Notes: generated from the letters alone by a model not told the origin. Positions 36,095-45,272 are shown, counted from the first letter of the stretch. The stretch: 46,819 bases of DNA from Thermoanaerobaculia bacterium (GCA_033720955.1 JAWWBN010000002.1:1-46819), one strand, 5' to 3'. Translations and numbers: made by a program.

Positions 36095-37090
36095 ATGGAG
36101 CCGTTTGATCTGTGGGGCGCGGCCAACCAGCCGTGGGCGTTCCTGCTGACCGCCTCGGCGGTGGTGGCGGGACTCAGCGTGATCCATTTCCTGCTGGAGC
36201 GCCGACGGAGCCGCCGGCGGGGGGTGGGCAATTTCGGCAACCAGCTCGTCATGCTGGGGCTCACCCTGCTGGGGCTGATCTTGGTGATCATGGCCCTGCC
36301 GGTGAGCACCGGCCTGCGCAGCCAGGTGCTGCAGTTGATGGGCATCGTGCTCTCCGCCGGAGTCGCCATCTCTTCGACCACCTTTCTGGGCAACGCCATG
36401 GGTGGAATCCTGCTGCGCGCGGTGCGCAGCTTCCGAACCGGCGACTTCGTCTCCGTGGGCAACAGCTTCGGACGGGTCTCGGAGCGCGGCCTCTTCCACA
36501 CGGAGATCCAGACCGAGGACCGGGACCTGACCACCCTGCCCAACCTCTATCTGGTCGCCAACCCGGTCAAGGTCGTTCGGGCGTCGGGCACGGTCGTGTC
36601 GGCGACGGTGTCGCTGGGCTACGACGTGGGGCATGCGCGGATCGAGAGGCTCCTGCTGCGCGCCGCCGCCAAGGCGGGTCTCGAGGATCCGTTCGTGCAG
36701 ATCTGCGAGCTGGGCGACTTCTCCGTCACCTACCGGGCGGCGGGCCTTCTGACCGACGTCAAGCAGCTCCTCACCACCCGCTCGAACCTGCGGGCCGCGA
36801 TGCTCGACGAGCTCCACGGCGACGGCGTCGAGATCGTCTCGCCCAACTTCATGAACACCCGCGCCCTCTCCCCGGACAGCCCGGTGATGCCTCGGCGGCC
36901 GGCGATGGCCCGCCAGAAGCTCGAGCGGGCGCCCGAGGAGGTCGTCTTCGACAAGGCGGAGGAGGCCGAGGAGCGCGAGCGGCGCGAGGGCCTGCTGGAG
37001 CCTGCGAAGGAGGAGGAGGCCCACCAGGTACGGGACGGCTCAGAGGGCGAGCGGTCGCCGGAGCCCGACCCCGACCCTGCGGCCGGCTAG
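36095..37090 (+). CDS. Mechanosensitive ion channel (MscS family)
   Basis: RBS gggagga. Three N-terminal TM helices, then GNAMGGILLRAVRSFRTGDFVSVGNSFGRVSERGLFHTEIQTEDRDLTTLPN, which is the typical MscS beta-domain. Confidence 0.88.
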   Translation: MEPFDLWGAANQPWAFLLTASAVVAGLSVIHFLLERRRSRRRGVGNFGNQLVMLGLTLLGLILVIMALPVSTGLRSQVLQLMGIVLSAGVAISSTTFLGNAMGGILLRAVRSFRTGDFVSVGNSFGRVSERGLFHTEIQTEDRDLTTLPNLYLVANPVKVVRASGTVVSATVSLGYDVGHARIERLLLRAAAKAGLEDPFVQICELGDFSVTYRAAGLLTDVKQLLTTRSNLRAAMLDELHGDGVEIVSPNFMNTRALSPDSPVMPRRPAMARQKLERAPEEVVFDKAEEAEERERREGLLEPAKEEEAHQVRDGSEGERSPEPDPDPAAG

Positions 37091-37127
37091 CCGGCTGCTC
37101 TTCCTGCGAGACGCGCCGCGCCCGCCG

Positions 37128-37493
37128 TCACCAGGCGATGAGGGCGAAGAAGAAGGCCGCCGCCAGGCCGAAGAGCAGCGAGCCGAGGAAGCTGAGCAGG
37201 AAGCGGTTCCCCCAGGTCATGCGCGGCGACCGGTAGTGGATCAGGAAGTTGATCGCGACGTGCGCCACCGGCCAGGCCATGCTGATCAGGATGGCCGCGC
37301 CCCACAGGCTGGATCCGAGCCGTTTCTCCACCGCGAATCCGAGGGGCTTGCCGATCACGTCGGCGAGCGCGAGAAAGCCGAAGCCGGGCAGCCCCGCCAG
37401 GAGGATCCCCCCCAGACCTGCCAGAAGGGTCGCGACGAGGGCGCTCACCCCCAGGTTGGGCGGTGACGGCTGGTTCCAGGGCGGAATCTCCAT
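37128..37493 (-). CDS. Small integral membrane protein, unknown function
   Basis: RBS ggaggag lies 7 nt before the ATG, which is 15 nt after the upstream propeller stop. Three or four hydrophobic segments. Confidence 0.65.
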   Translation of the reverse strand: MEIPPWNQPSPPNLGVSALVATLLAGLGGILLAGLPGFGFLALADVIGKPLGFAVEKRLGSSLWGAAILISMAWPVAHVAINFLIHYRSPRMTWGNRFLLSFLGSLLFGLAAAFFFALIAW

Positions 37494-37508
37494 CGCGATC
37501 TCCTCCGA

Positions 37509-38786
37509 CTAGGGTCCCGCCGCCGGGTCGGCCGGAGCCGACGGGAGCCGCCAGGCGGAGAGGCCTCCGGCGTCGCGCAGAAGCAGAACTCCCCCGGCCA
37601 CCGCCGGATGGGCCCACACGGCCGAGTCGGCGAGCTCGTAGCTAGCGCGCAGCATGGGCTCCTCTGCGGCGGTGTCGTAGACCAGCATCTCGCCGGCCGT
37701 GGTGGTGACCAGCAGTGTGGAGCCGGCGAGGAGCAGCGAGGCGTTGTCCCCCAGCCGGCCCTCGCCCCGCCAGGTGACCTCGCCCGAGGCCGGGTCGAGC
37801 CGGAAGAGGTGCCCCTTGAGCTTCTTGGCCATGCCGAACACCCGGCCGCCGATCTCCACGGGCGAGCTCAGGTACATGGCCGGGTCCTCCCGCCGCCACA
37901 CGGTCTCGACCGCGAAGCCCTCCGCGGTCGGCCGCGGCCGCACCAGGAACGTGCCGGCGCGCACACCCGAGTAGAGGAGGGTGTCGCCCAGGACCAGGGG
38001 GGTGACCACGTTCTCGTTCCATTCGTCGGGGAAGTCGATCCGCCACAGGAGGCCTCCGTCCTGCGGGTCGAGGGAGATCACCGAGCGGTCGGTCAGGGTG
38101 ACGATCTGCGCCGTGCCGTCGAGCTCGGCCAGCACCGGCGAGGCGTAGCCGGGCCCGTCGCCCCGCCACCGCCAGCGCACCTCGCCCGTGTCCGTCCCCA
38201 CCGCCAGGACCTCGCCGCCGCGGTCGTCACCCACGTGCGTCACCAGCAGATCGCCCACCAGGATCGGCGACCCGGCGGTGCCGCAGAAGAGCTTGGAGGA
38301 GTCCACCGCGCCGCCGGTGGGGTCGAGCCGCCAGACGAGCTCGCCCGTGGCGGCGTTCCAGGCGGAGAGGGTGGCGTTGACGCCCAGGGTGAACAGTCGC
38401 CCGTCGACGACCAGCGGCGTGGCGTAGGGGCCCTTGCCGTGGCCGCCGGCATACCGGTTGGCGTCGAAGGGCGCGGGGTAGCGGTCCGACCAGAGCCGCT
38501 CTCCGTTTGCGAGAGAGAGGGCGGTGACGACCTCGTGGTCGCCCTCGCGCGAGTGCACGAACACCCTCCCCTCCGCCACGACCGGCGAGGAGTGCCCGGC
38601 TCCCACCTCGACCCGCCAGAGCCGCGGCAGCTCGGCCGGCCACTCGGCCTCCGCGAGCTCCGGAGAAGACAGCGAGCCGTCGCGCTCCGGGCCTCGCCAC
38701 TGCGGCCAGTCGTCGCCGGCATCGGCGCCGGCCGCGAGGACGGCGAGAAGGGCGATGGCCGGGATGCTGCCGCGGCGATGACTCAT
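37509..38786 (-). CDS. PQQ-like (BamB-type) beta-propeller repeat protein, secreted
   Basis: ATG at 38786 with signal peptide IPAIALLAVLAAGADA. DWPQWRGPERDG, GHSSPVVAEGRVFV and repeated G-x-l-vW blades are present. The upstream 364 codons of the 789-aa ORF run antisense to the RnfD-like gene and are rejected. Confidence 0.85.
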   Translation of the reverse strand: MSHRRGSIPAIALLAVLAAGADAGDDWPQWRGPERDGSLSSPELAEAEWPAELPRLWRVEVGAGHSSPVVAEGRVFVHSREGDHEVVTALSLANGERLWSDRYPAPFDANRYAGGHGKGPYATPLVVDGRLFTLGVNATLSAWNAATGELVWRLDPTGGAVDSSKLFCGTAGSPILVGDLLVTHVGDDRGGEVLAVGTDTGEVRWRWRGDGPGYASPVLAELDGTAQIVTLTDRSVISLDPQDGGLLWRIDFPDEWNENVVTPLVLGDTLLYSGVRAGTFLVRPRPTAEGFAVETVWRREDPAMYLSSPVEIGGRVFGMAKKLKGHLFRLDPASGEVTWRGEGRLGDNASLLLAGSTLLVTTTAGEMLVYDTAAEEPMLRASYELADSAVWAHPAVAGGVLLLRDAGGLSAWRLPSAPADPAAGP

Positions 38787-38921
38787 GGGCGTCGGGGCCG
38801 CTCCCCACCCTCGACACCTCGGGGCGGAGCCGCACTCTCCGCCCGACTCTATCCCGCGAGCCTCTCGGCGCACCGCGCCGGTTTCCGCCCGCGGCGGCGC
38901 CGTGTCGAAGGGGTGAGACCG

Positions 38922-39821
38922 ATGAGCCCGTTCGCCCCACGCCCGAGCCGCCACCTGCTCGCCGCCCTCTGCCGGGACCCCCGGCACTTCCAGATCGGCG
39001 TGCTGGGATCTCTGCTCGTCTACGGCATGGTCGCCCTGGGCTTTCCGGTGAGCCTCTGGGAGGTGGCGCTGCTCGTCGGAACGGCGCTCGCCACCCAGGC
39101 CGCGGCCGGCCGGCTGGTGGGGGTGCGCTTCGACGCGCGGAGCCCGTTGATCTCGGCGCTCTCCCTTTCCCTTCTGGCCCGCGCCGCCTCGCCCGGCTGG
39201 CTGGCGGCTACGGCGGTAGCGGCCATCGGCAGCAAGTTCCTGATCCGGCGTCGCGGCAAGCACGTGTTCAACCCGACCAACTTCGGTCTGGTGGCGGTGG
39301 CCCTTGCCAGCGGGCAGGTCTGGGTCTCGCCCGGCCAGTGGGGCAGCGGCCCGAATCTCGCCCTCCTGCTGGTCTGCGCCGGCGGGCTGGTGGTCTACCG
39401 CGCGGCGCGCGGCGACGTCACCTGGGGCTTCCTCCTGGCCTACGGCGCGGTGCTCTTCGGGCGCGCCGCCTGGCTGGGAGACCCGTGGCCGATTCCCCTG
39501 CACGCCCTCGACAACGGCGCGCTTCTCATCTTCGCCTTCTTCATGATCTCCGACCCCAAGACGACCCCGGACTCGCGCGCCGGCCGCCTGGTCTACGCGG
39601 CCGTGGTCGCCCTGGCCGCCGGCGGGGTGCACTTCGTTCTCTTCCGCCCCAACGGCTTCATCTGGGCGCTGGCGGCGTGCGCGCCGCTGGTGCCGCTGAC
39701 GGACCATCTCCTCCCGGGCGCGCGGTACCGGTGGCCGGGCGGCTCCATCGCCCGCTCGAAGGCCGCGCCCGCCCGACCTCTTCCCAAGGAGGAACCCGAT
39801 CATGCGCTCTCGCCGATCTAG
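38922..39821 (+). CDS. RnfD/NqrB-like polytopic membrane protein (orphan, no other Rnf/Nqr subunits nearby)
   Basis: ATG at 38922. It has multiple TM helices and the motifs KHVFNPTNFG and FFMISDPKTTP, typical of the NQR2/RnfD/RnfE superfamily. The 3' end overlaps the next gene by 20 nt. Confidence 0.75.
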   Translation: MSPFAPRPSRHLLAALCRDPRHFQIGVLGSLLVYGMVALGFPVSLWEVALLVGTALATQAAAGRLVGVRFDARSPLISALSLSLLARAASPGWLAATAVAAIGSKFLIRRRGKHVFNPTNFGLVAVALASGQVWVSPGQWGSGPNLALLLVCAGGLVVYRAARGDVTWGFLLAYGAVLFGRAAWLGDPWPIPLHALDNGALLIFAFFMISDPKTTPDSRAGRLVYAAVVALAAGGVHFVLFRPNGFIWALAACAPLVPLTDHLLPGARYRWPGGSIARSKAAPARPLPKEEPDHALSPI

Positions 39822-41159
39822 ATCCGCCACCTTCCGCCGGCTGCGGGCGGCGGCGCTGGCCGTCGCGCTGGCCACCACGGCCGCGGGTCCGGCGCTGGCC
39901 TTCTGCGGCTTCTACGTCGCCAAGGCCGACACCAGGCTCTTCAACCGCGCCTCCCAGGTGGTCATCGTCCGCCACGACGACAGGACCGTGCTCACCATGG
40001 CCAACGACTTTCAGGGCGATCCGGACGAGTTCGCCGTGGTGGTGCCGGTGCCCACATTTCTGGAGCGCGACCAGATCCACGTGGCGGACCAGGCCCTGAT
40101 CGACCACCTGGACGCCTACACGGCGCCGCGCCTGGTGGAGTACTTCGACCCCGATCCCTGCGCGCTCCCCAAGCGCTCCCTTCTCGAGCGCCTGGGCGCG
40201 GCGCAGGAGAGCCCCAACAGCGACGCCCGGGGGGCCGCCAGCCTCGGAGTCACCGTCGAGGCCAAGTACACGGTCGGCGAGTACGACATCCTGATCCTCT
40301 CCGCGGAGGAGAGCCGCGGTCTCGAGACCTGGCTGCGCCGCAACGGCTACCGCATCCCCCCGGCGCGGACCGCGTGCTCGGCAGCTACCTGCGCCAGGGC
40401 ATGCGCTTCTTCGTCGCGCGGGTGAACCTCGAAGAGCGCGACCGCCTAGGCTTCGCGAACCTGCGCCCGCTCCAGGTGGCGTACGAGAGCCCCAAGTTCA
40501 TGCTGCCCATCCGGCTGGGGACCGTAAACGCGGACGGGCCCCAGGAGCTCTTCGTCTACACCCTCACCCGCAAGGGCCGGGTGGAGACCACCAACTACCG
40601 CACGGTGCGGCTGCCCACGGGCATGGACCTGCCCGGTTTCGTGAAGTCCGACTTCGGCGACTTCTACCGCGACCTCTTCACCACCCAGGTGGAGAAGGAG
40701 GGCATGCGGGCGGTGTTCCTCGAGTATGCCTGGGACATGAGCTGGTGCGACCCCTGCGCGGCCGACCCCCTCTCCGCCGCCCAGCTTCGCGAGCTCGGGG
40801 TCTTCTGGCTCGGCGACGCCTCCGAGCGGGGTCCGGCGCGCGACGTCTTCGTCACCCGTCTCCACCTGCGCTACGACGCCGAGCGCTTCCCCGACGACCT
40901 GCGCTTCCACGAGACCGCCGACCGCACGAACTTCCAGGGCAGGTACGTCCTGCGTCATCCTTGGGAGGGCGTCTCGGAGTGCCCCCGCTCGGCGGAGTAC
41001 CGCCGCGAGCTCGGCCGTCGCTTCGAGCGCGAGGCGCAGATGCTGGCCAGCCTGACCGGCTGGGAGATCGGCGAGATCCGCCGCAGGATGCGGCTCGCGG
41101 GCCGGCTCCCGGCGGAGGAGGGGGACCCGTGGTGGAAGCGGATCTGGGGCGGGCGCTAG
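39802..41159 (+). pseudogene. DUF2330-family secreted protein, reading frame broken at a C6 run (two ORFs: 39802-40425 and 40374-41159)
   Basis: Strong RBS aaggagg and a signal peptide (AAALAVALATTAAGPALA). The N half ends ...ETWLRRNGYRIPP and then becomes junk. The second frame resumes GADRVLGSYLRQGMRFFVARVNLEE..., which continues the same family. The join is at cccccc, 40356-40361. Confidence 0.75.
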
Positions 41160-41232
41160 AGGGAGTGCCGCGCGCCCTCTCGAAGGGCCGCCATGGCGAG
41201 GACTCCCAGGCCCCTGAGACCCGAGGCCGCCG

Positions 41233-42648
41233 TCAGCCCTCTTCCTCGATCCTCCAGAGCGTCAGGAAGCGCTCGTCCTTCACCAGCACCGAGCTGCCCA
41301 CCAGCGCCGGGTAGGCCCAGGTGGGCGAGTCGGCGACGGCGTAGCTGGCGACGGTCTCGAGCGCCGCGCCGCGCTTCGCGAGGACGACCAGCGAGCCGTC
41401 GTCCTTGAGGGCCAGGAGGTGGTCGCCGGCCAGGACCACGGCGGCGGACTCGCCCTGGCGGCCCTCGCCGGCCCAGAGGGTCTCGCCGGTGGCGGCGTCC
41501 AGGGTGGCGAACTGACCCTTCTTCGACAGAAAGAAGCCGTAGAGGCGGTCGCCGTCGAGCACGGGGGTGGTGAGCCACTGGGTGAGCTCGGCGTTCTCCC
41601 AAGCCGGCTCGGCGGACCAGGAGTCGCCCTGCCGGGAGATCCGGAGCGCGAAGGTCGGGCCGCGATAGCGGGAGAGGATCACCAGGTCGTCCTTGAGGAC
41701 GGGAGTCGCCTGGTGTGCGTCGTTCTCGATCTCGAAGCTCCACAGCAGCCGACCCGTGGCCAGCTCCAGCCCCACCACCGCGGTGCGGGTCATGGTGACG
41801 ACCTGGGGCTCGCCGTGAAGCGTCGCCGCCACCGGGGAGGAGTAGGCGACGGTCGGACCGCTCCATCGCCACCGCTCCTCGCCGGTGCTGTGGTCGAAGG
41901 CGATCACCAGGCCCTCGGTGAGGTTCCCCACGTGCACGACGCCGAGGTCGCCGCTCACCAGGGGCGAGGCGGCGGCGCCGTAGTAGTTGCCGCCGCCGCC
42001 CCGGGCGGAGGTCTCGAGACCCTCGGGGTTGAGACCCATGCCGCACGAGGGGCAGTTGCCCGGCTCGTCGAAGGCGTGGCCGTCGTGGTCGCACCCGCAG
42101 GGGCGGCAGTAGTACTTGACCTCGGCGGGCAGCTCGACGGGAAGGTAGTGGCGCCGCCAGAGCGGCCGCCCGTCCGCGGCCGCGAAGGCGGAGAGCACCC
42201 GGTCCACCCCCAGGGTGAGGAGCCGGTCGCCGTGGACCACGGGGGTGGCGAAGGGACCCTTGCCCTGCGACACCGGGTAGAGACGCGGCCGGATGGCGCC
42301 GCCGTTGGCGAAGAAGCGCGAGAGGTAGCTCCGACGCCAGACCAGGGAGCCGTCCTCCAGGTCGAAGCCGCGGACCAGCTCCTCGTCCCCGGCGCGGGTC
42401 AGAAGAAAGACGCGTCCGCCGGCGACCACGGGCGAGGACAGGCCTGCCCCCACCTCGACCCGCCAGACCCGGGTCAGCTCGGCGGGCCAGGCTGCCGGGG
42501 CGTCGAGGCCGGCGTGCCGGGCGGCGCGGCGGGGTCCCCGCCACTCGGGCCACCCGTCGGAGCGGGCCGCCGGCGCGGCGGCGAAGAGCGTCGCCGCCAG
42601 CATCGACAGAACGATGACCACGACGCGCCGCTCTCCGTGACCGGGCAT
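41233..42648 (-). CDS. PQQ-like beta-propeller paralog carrying an inserted Cys/His heavy-metal-binding-type motif
   Basis: RBS ggatggag and a signal peptide. DGWPEWRGP and GLSSPVVAGGRVFL parallel the propeller at 37509-38786. An extra segment, KYYCRPCGCDHDGHAFDEPGNCPSCGMGL, is absent from the paralog. Confidence 0.85.
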   Translation of the reverse strand: MPGHGERRVVVIVLSMLAATLFAAAPAARSDGWPEWRGPRRAARHAGLDAPAAWPAELTRVWRVEVGAGLSSPVVAGGRVFLLTRAGDEELVRGFDLEDGSLVWRRSYLSRFFANGGAIRPRLYPVSQGKGPFATPVVHGDRLLTLGVDRVLSAFAAADGRPLWRRHYLPVELPAEVKYYCRPCGCDHDGHAFDEPGNCPSCGMGLNPEGLETSARGGGGNYYGAAASPLVSGDLGVVHVGNLTEGLVIAFDHSTGEERWRWSGPTVAYSSPVAATLHGEPQVVTMTRTAVVGLELATGRLLWSFEIENDAHQATPVLKDDLVILSRYRGPTFALRISRQGDSWSAEPAWENAELTQWLTTPVLDGDRLYGFFLSKKGQFATLDAATGETLWAGEGRQGESAAVVLAGDHLLALKDDGSLVVLAKRGAALETVASYAVADSPTWAYPALVGSSVLVKDERFLTLWRIEEEG

Positions 42649-42761
42649 GGCGCTCCATCCTACTGTGAGCGACGGTCCCCGGCCGGACCCGCGGGCGGGA
42701 CGCGCAGGGTGGCGAGCCTCGGCTTCGACAGCGCAGAATCGCCCCGACCAAGGAGGGATGC

Positions 42762-43169
42762 ATGAGCCCCGCCCGCCGCACCGCCCTGCCCGCCATCGCG
42801 CTGCTCCTGCTGATCGGGATGCCGCCGAGTGCTCCGGCCCGCCCCGGCCCCGAGGCTTCGGCGTCGCCCTGCGCTGCGGAGCCCGCCCGCCGGGTCGTGC
42901 TGGAGGACGACTCGTGGCGGATGGTGGAGATCACCTATCCGCCCGGCAGCGAGAGCGGCGTCCACGAGCACCCCTGGCCGCGGACGGTCTACGTGCTCGA
43001 GGGCGGGACGCTGGAGCTGATCGGCGAGGATGGAGCGGTTCGCACCGTGGCGGTGAGCGCGGGCGACGCCCAGGCGCGAGGGCCGGAGAGGCACCGGGTC
43101 CGTAACCCGGGGGAGACGGCGGTACGGGTGCTGGAGACGGAGTGGAAGCGGGGTGGCCCCGCGGGGTAG
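42762..43169 (+). CDS. Secreted cupin domain protein
   Basis: RBS aaggaggg and a signal peptide. Cupin motifs GVHEHPWPRTVYVLEGG and HRVRNPGE are present. Confidence 0.8.
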   Translation: MSPARRTALPAIALLLLIGMPPSAPARPGPEASASPCAAEPARRVVLEDDSWRMVEITYPPGSESGVHEHPWPRTVYVLEGGTLELIGEDGAVRTVAVSAGDAQARGPERHRVRNPGETAVRVLETEWKRGGPAG

Positions 43170-43281
43170 GGGCGCGTTGGGACCGGTGGCGCCCGAGACC
43201 GCCGCGGCGGCGGTTCGGTCTAGACTGTGATCGCGGCGTCGGCGGCCAGCCGGTCCGTGAGAACGACGAGGGAGGACGAGC

Positions 43282-43554
43282 ATGCCCAAGTACGTGATCG
43301 AGAGAGAGATCGGGGGAGCCGGGAGCCTGTCCCCGGAGGAGCTGCAGGCGATCTCGCAGAAGTCCTGCGGCGTGCTTCGCGGGATGGGGCCCCAGATCCA
43401 GTGGGTCCACAGCTACGTCACCGACGACAAGATCTACTGCGTCTACGTGGCGCCCGACGAGGCGTCCGTGCGCGAGCACGCCCGGCAGGGCGGCTTCCCG
43501 GCCGACGCGGTGTCGAGGGTGCGCTCGGTGATCGATCCGACCACGGCCGAGTAG
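43282..43554 (+). CDS. DUF4242 domain protein
   Basis: RBS gagggagga. MPKYVIEREI..IQWVHSYVTDDKIYCVYVAPDEASVREHARQGGFPAD..VIDP matches the DUF4242 consensus as I remember it. Confidence 0.8.
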   Translation: MPKYVIEREIGGAGSLSPEELQAISQKSCGVLRGMGPQIQWVHSYVTDDKIYCVYVAPDEASVREHARQGGFPADAVSRVRSVIDPTTAE

Positions 43555-43634
43555 AGCCCCCGGCCGCTTCGGTTGGATCGGCGGCTGCCCGGGCGGGCGG
43601 TCCCCGAGGCGGATGCGCCCGCTCCTCACGCGCT

Positions 43635-45272
43635 TCAGCGCGTCTCGCCGCCGTCGCTTCCCGCTGCCTCCAGCCCCACCGCCTCCGGGCGGGCGAGCGG
43701 CTCGCTGGGGCGGGGTGCGAGCCGGCCGGCCAATCCGCGGCGGCGCTCCGCGTCCGCCTCCAGCTCCTCCTCGGCCAGTGGATCGGCCCCCAGGTCGAAC
43801 ACCTCGAGGCGGGAGATCGTCGGGCCGCGGACCTTGAAGGAGAGACAGCGGGCGTCCGGGTCCTCCGGGACCTCGCAGTCGGCGGCAGCGAGGGTGATGC
43901 GGCGGCGTCCAGGTCCGGTGGCCGGCGGGAGGGGGGCGCGGATCCACCGGGCCGGGACCTCGTACCGGCCGGCCGGGGCACCGGCCACCGCGACCTCCAC
44001 CGTCCGCGGGGTGCGGTACGAGACGATCTGGATCTCCGTGTCGTGCTCGTCCACGTCGAAGACGGCGACGCGACGGATCCAGGTGCCGTCGGCCTCGGGG
44101 ACCCAGCTCGTCTCGACCGCCATCGTCGGGCCGTTCTCGCCGCCCACCACGACGCCGCGCTGGATCCGCATCTCGTCGCCCGCCTCGACACGGGCCCAGC
44201 CGCCTCCCGCCCCCCCGGCGTCGGGCGCCCCGGTCCGGCCGCGGGCGGTCCCGGCCTCCCCTCCCAGCAGAGGGGTGAGGTCCACTCCCGAGGTCGGGGC
44301 GGCGGGGCGGAGAGCGGCGATCCGCGCCAGGGTCGCGGCGACATCCGTCGTCTGTACGACTCTCTCGATCCGCTGCCCGGGCTCGACCGCCGGGTGGAGG
44401 ACGATCAGCGGCACCCGGCTCGTCTCCGGGTAGAGCTGGCCGTGGCCGAGCCGGCCGTGCTCACCCAGCTCGTAGCCGTGGGCGGCGGTCAGCACCACCG
44501 TGGTCTCGGCCAAGAGCCCCTGGGCCTCGAGGTGCTCGAAGAGCGCGCCCACCAGCTCGGCCACCCGCCGGAGTCGCTCGTCGTACCACCGGTGGGCTGT
44601 CTCCGGGTCCGCCGGCTCGCCCTCGCCGCCCGCCATCTGGAGCTGCAGGTAGGCGAAGAACGGGCCGTTCGCGGCCGGGCCGGCCAGGAAGCCCAGGAGG
44701 CCGTCGATCGCCTCCTCGGCCTGCGTCTCCGGAGAGACGCTTCCGTCCCCCGGCTCGGCCAGGCCGCCGTACCGGCCGAAGCCGCGGTCGCCGCCCCACC
44801 TGGGCGAGAGCCAGGTCGAGGTGGTGAAGGCGGCCGTCAGGTGGCCGTTGGCGGCGAAGCGCTCGGGCAGGGTGGGCAGGTGGCGGGAGAGACGCAGGCC
44901 CGGCGGGTAGACCCCGTGCTCGGCCGGACTCAGGCCGCTCAGGAGCGTGGTGGCGGCGGTCAGGGTCTCCGGGTGCGGGGTGAAGGCGTTCAGGAAGACC
45001 GCGCCCCTCTCGGCCAGACGGTCGAGCTCGGGGGCCGCGTCCGAGGCCGGACGGGCGGAGACGCTTCCCTCGGGGGACGGCGCCCGCCAGGCCGCCAGCC
45101 GGTCGGCGCGCAGCCCGTCGATGGACAGGAGGAGGTAGCCGCGGGTGGGAGCCAGGCCGTCGCGCGGGACGTCGCCCGGCGCGCAGCCGACGAAGATGGC
45201 GAGAAGCGCCGACACGACGAGGGTCGCCGCGCGGCAGCGACCGCGCCACGCCGACGGTCCGAGGGGACTCAT
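43635..45272 (-). CDS. Sulfatase/alkaline-phosphatase superfamily lipoprotein lacking the C/S-x-P-x-R motif, with a long C-terminal extension
   Basis: ATG at 45272 and lipobox IFVGC. YLLLSIDGLRAD (metal ligand), TPHPETLTAATTLLSGLSPAEHG in place of PxCxPSRASLLTGxxPxxHG, and LTAAHGYELGEHG are present. The upstream 220 codons of the 765-aa ORF are rejected. Confidence 0.8.
   Translation of the reverse strand: MSPLGPSAWRGRCRAATLVVSALLAIFVGCAPGDVPRDGLAPTRGYLLLSIDGLRADRLAAWRAPSPEGSVSARPASDAAPELDRLAERGAVFLNAFTPHPETLTAATTLLSGLSPAEHGVYPPGLRLSRHLPTLPERFAANGHLTAAFTTSTWLSPRWGGDRGFGRYGGLAEPGDGSVSPETQAEEAIDGLLGFLAGPAANGPFFAYLQLQMAGGEGEPADPETAHRWYDERLRRVAELVGALFEHLEAQGLLAETTVVLTAAHGYELGEHGRLGHGQLYPETSRVPLIVLHPAVEPGQRIERVVQTTDVAATLARIAALRPAAPTSGVDLTPLLGGEAGTARGRTGAPDAGGAGGGWARVEAGDEMRIQRGVVVGGENGPTMAVETSWVPEADGTWIRRVAVFDVDEHDTEIQIVSYRTPRTVEVAVAGAPAGRYEVPARWIRAPLPPATGPGRRRITLAAADCEVPEDPDARCLSFKVRGPTISRLEVFDLGADPLAEEELEADAERRRGLAGRLAPRPSEPLARPEAVGLEAAGSDGGETR

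Noticed and set aside
37608-38921. Upstream 438 codons of the 737-aa plus ORF, and the reciprocal 38787-39878 extension of the 789-aa minus ORF
   Set aside because: Each runs antisense to a well-supported gene (the PQQ propeller and the RnfD-like protein respectively). Each lacks motifs before the proposed internal ATG.
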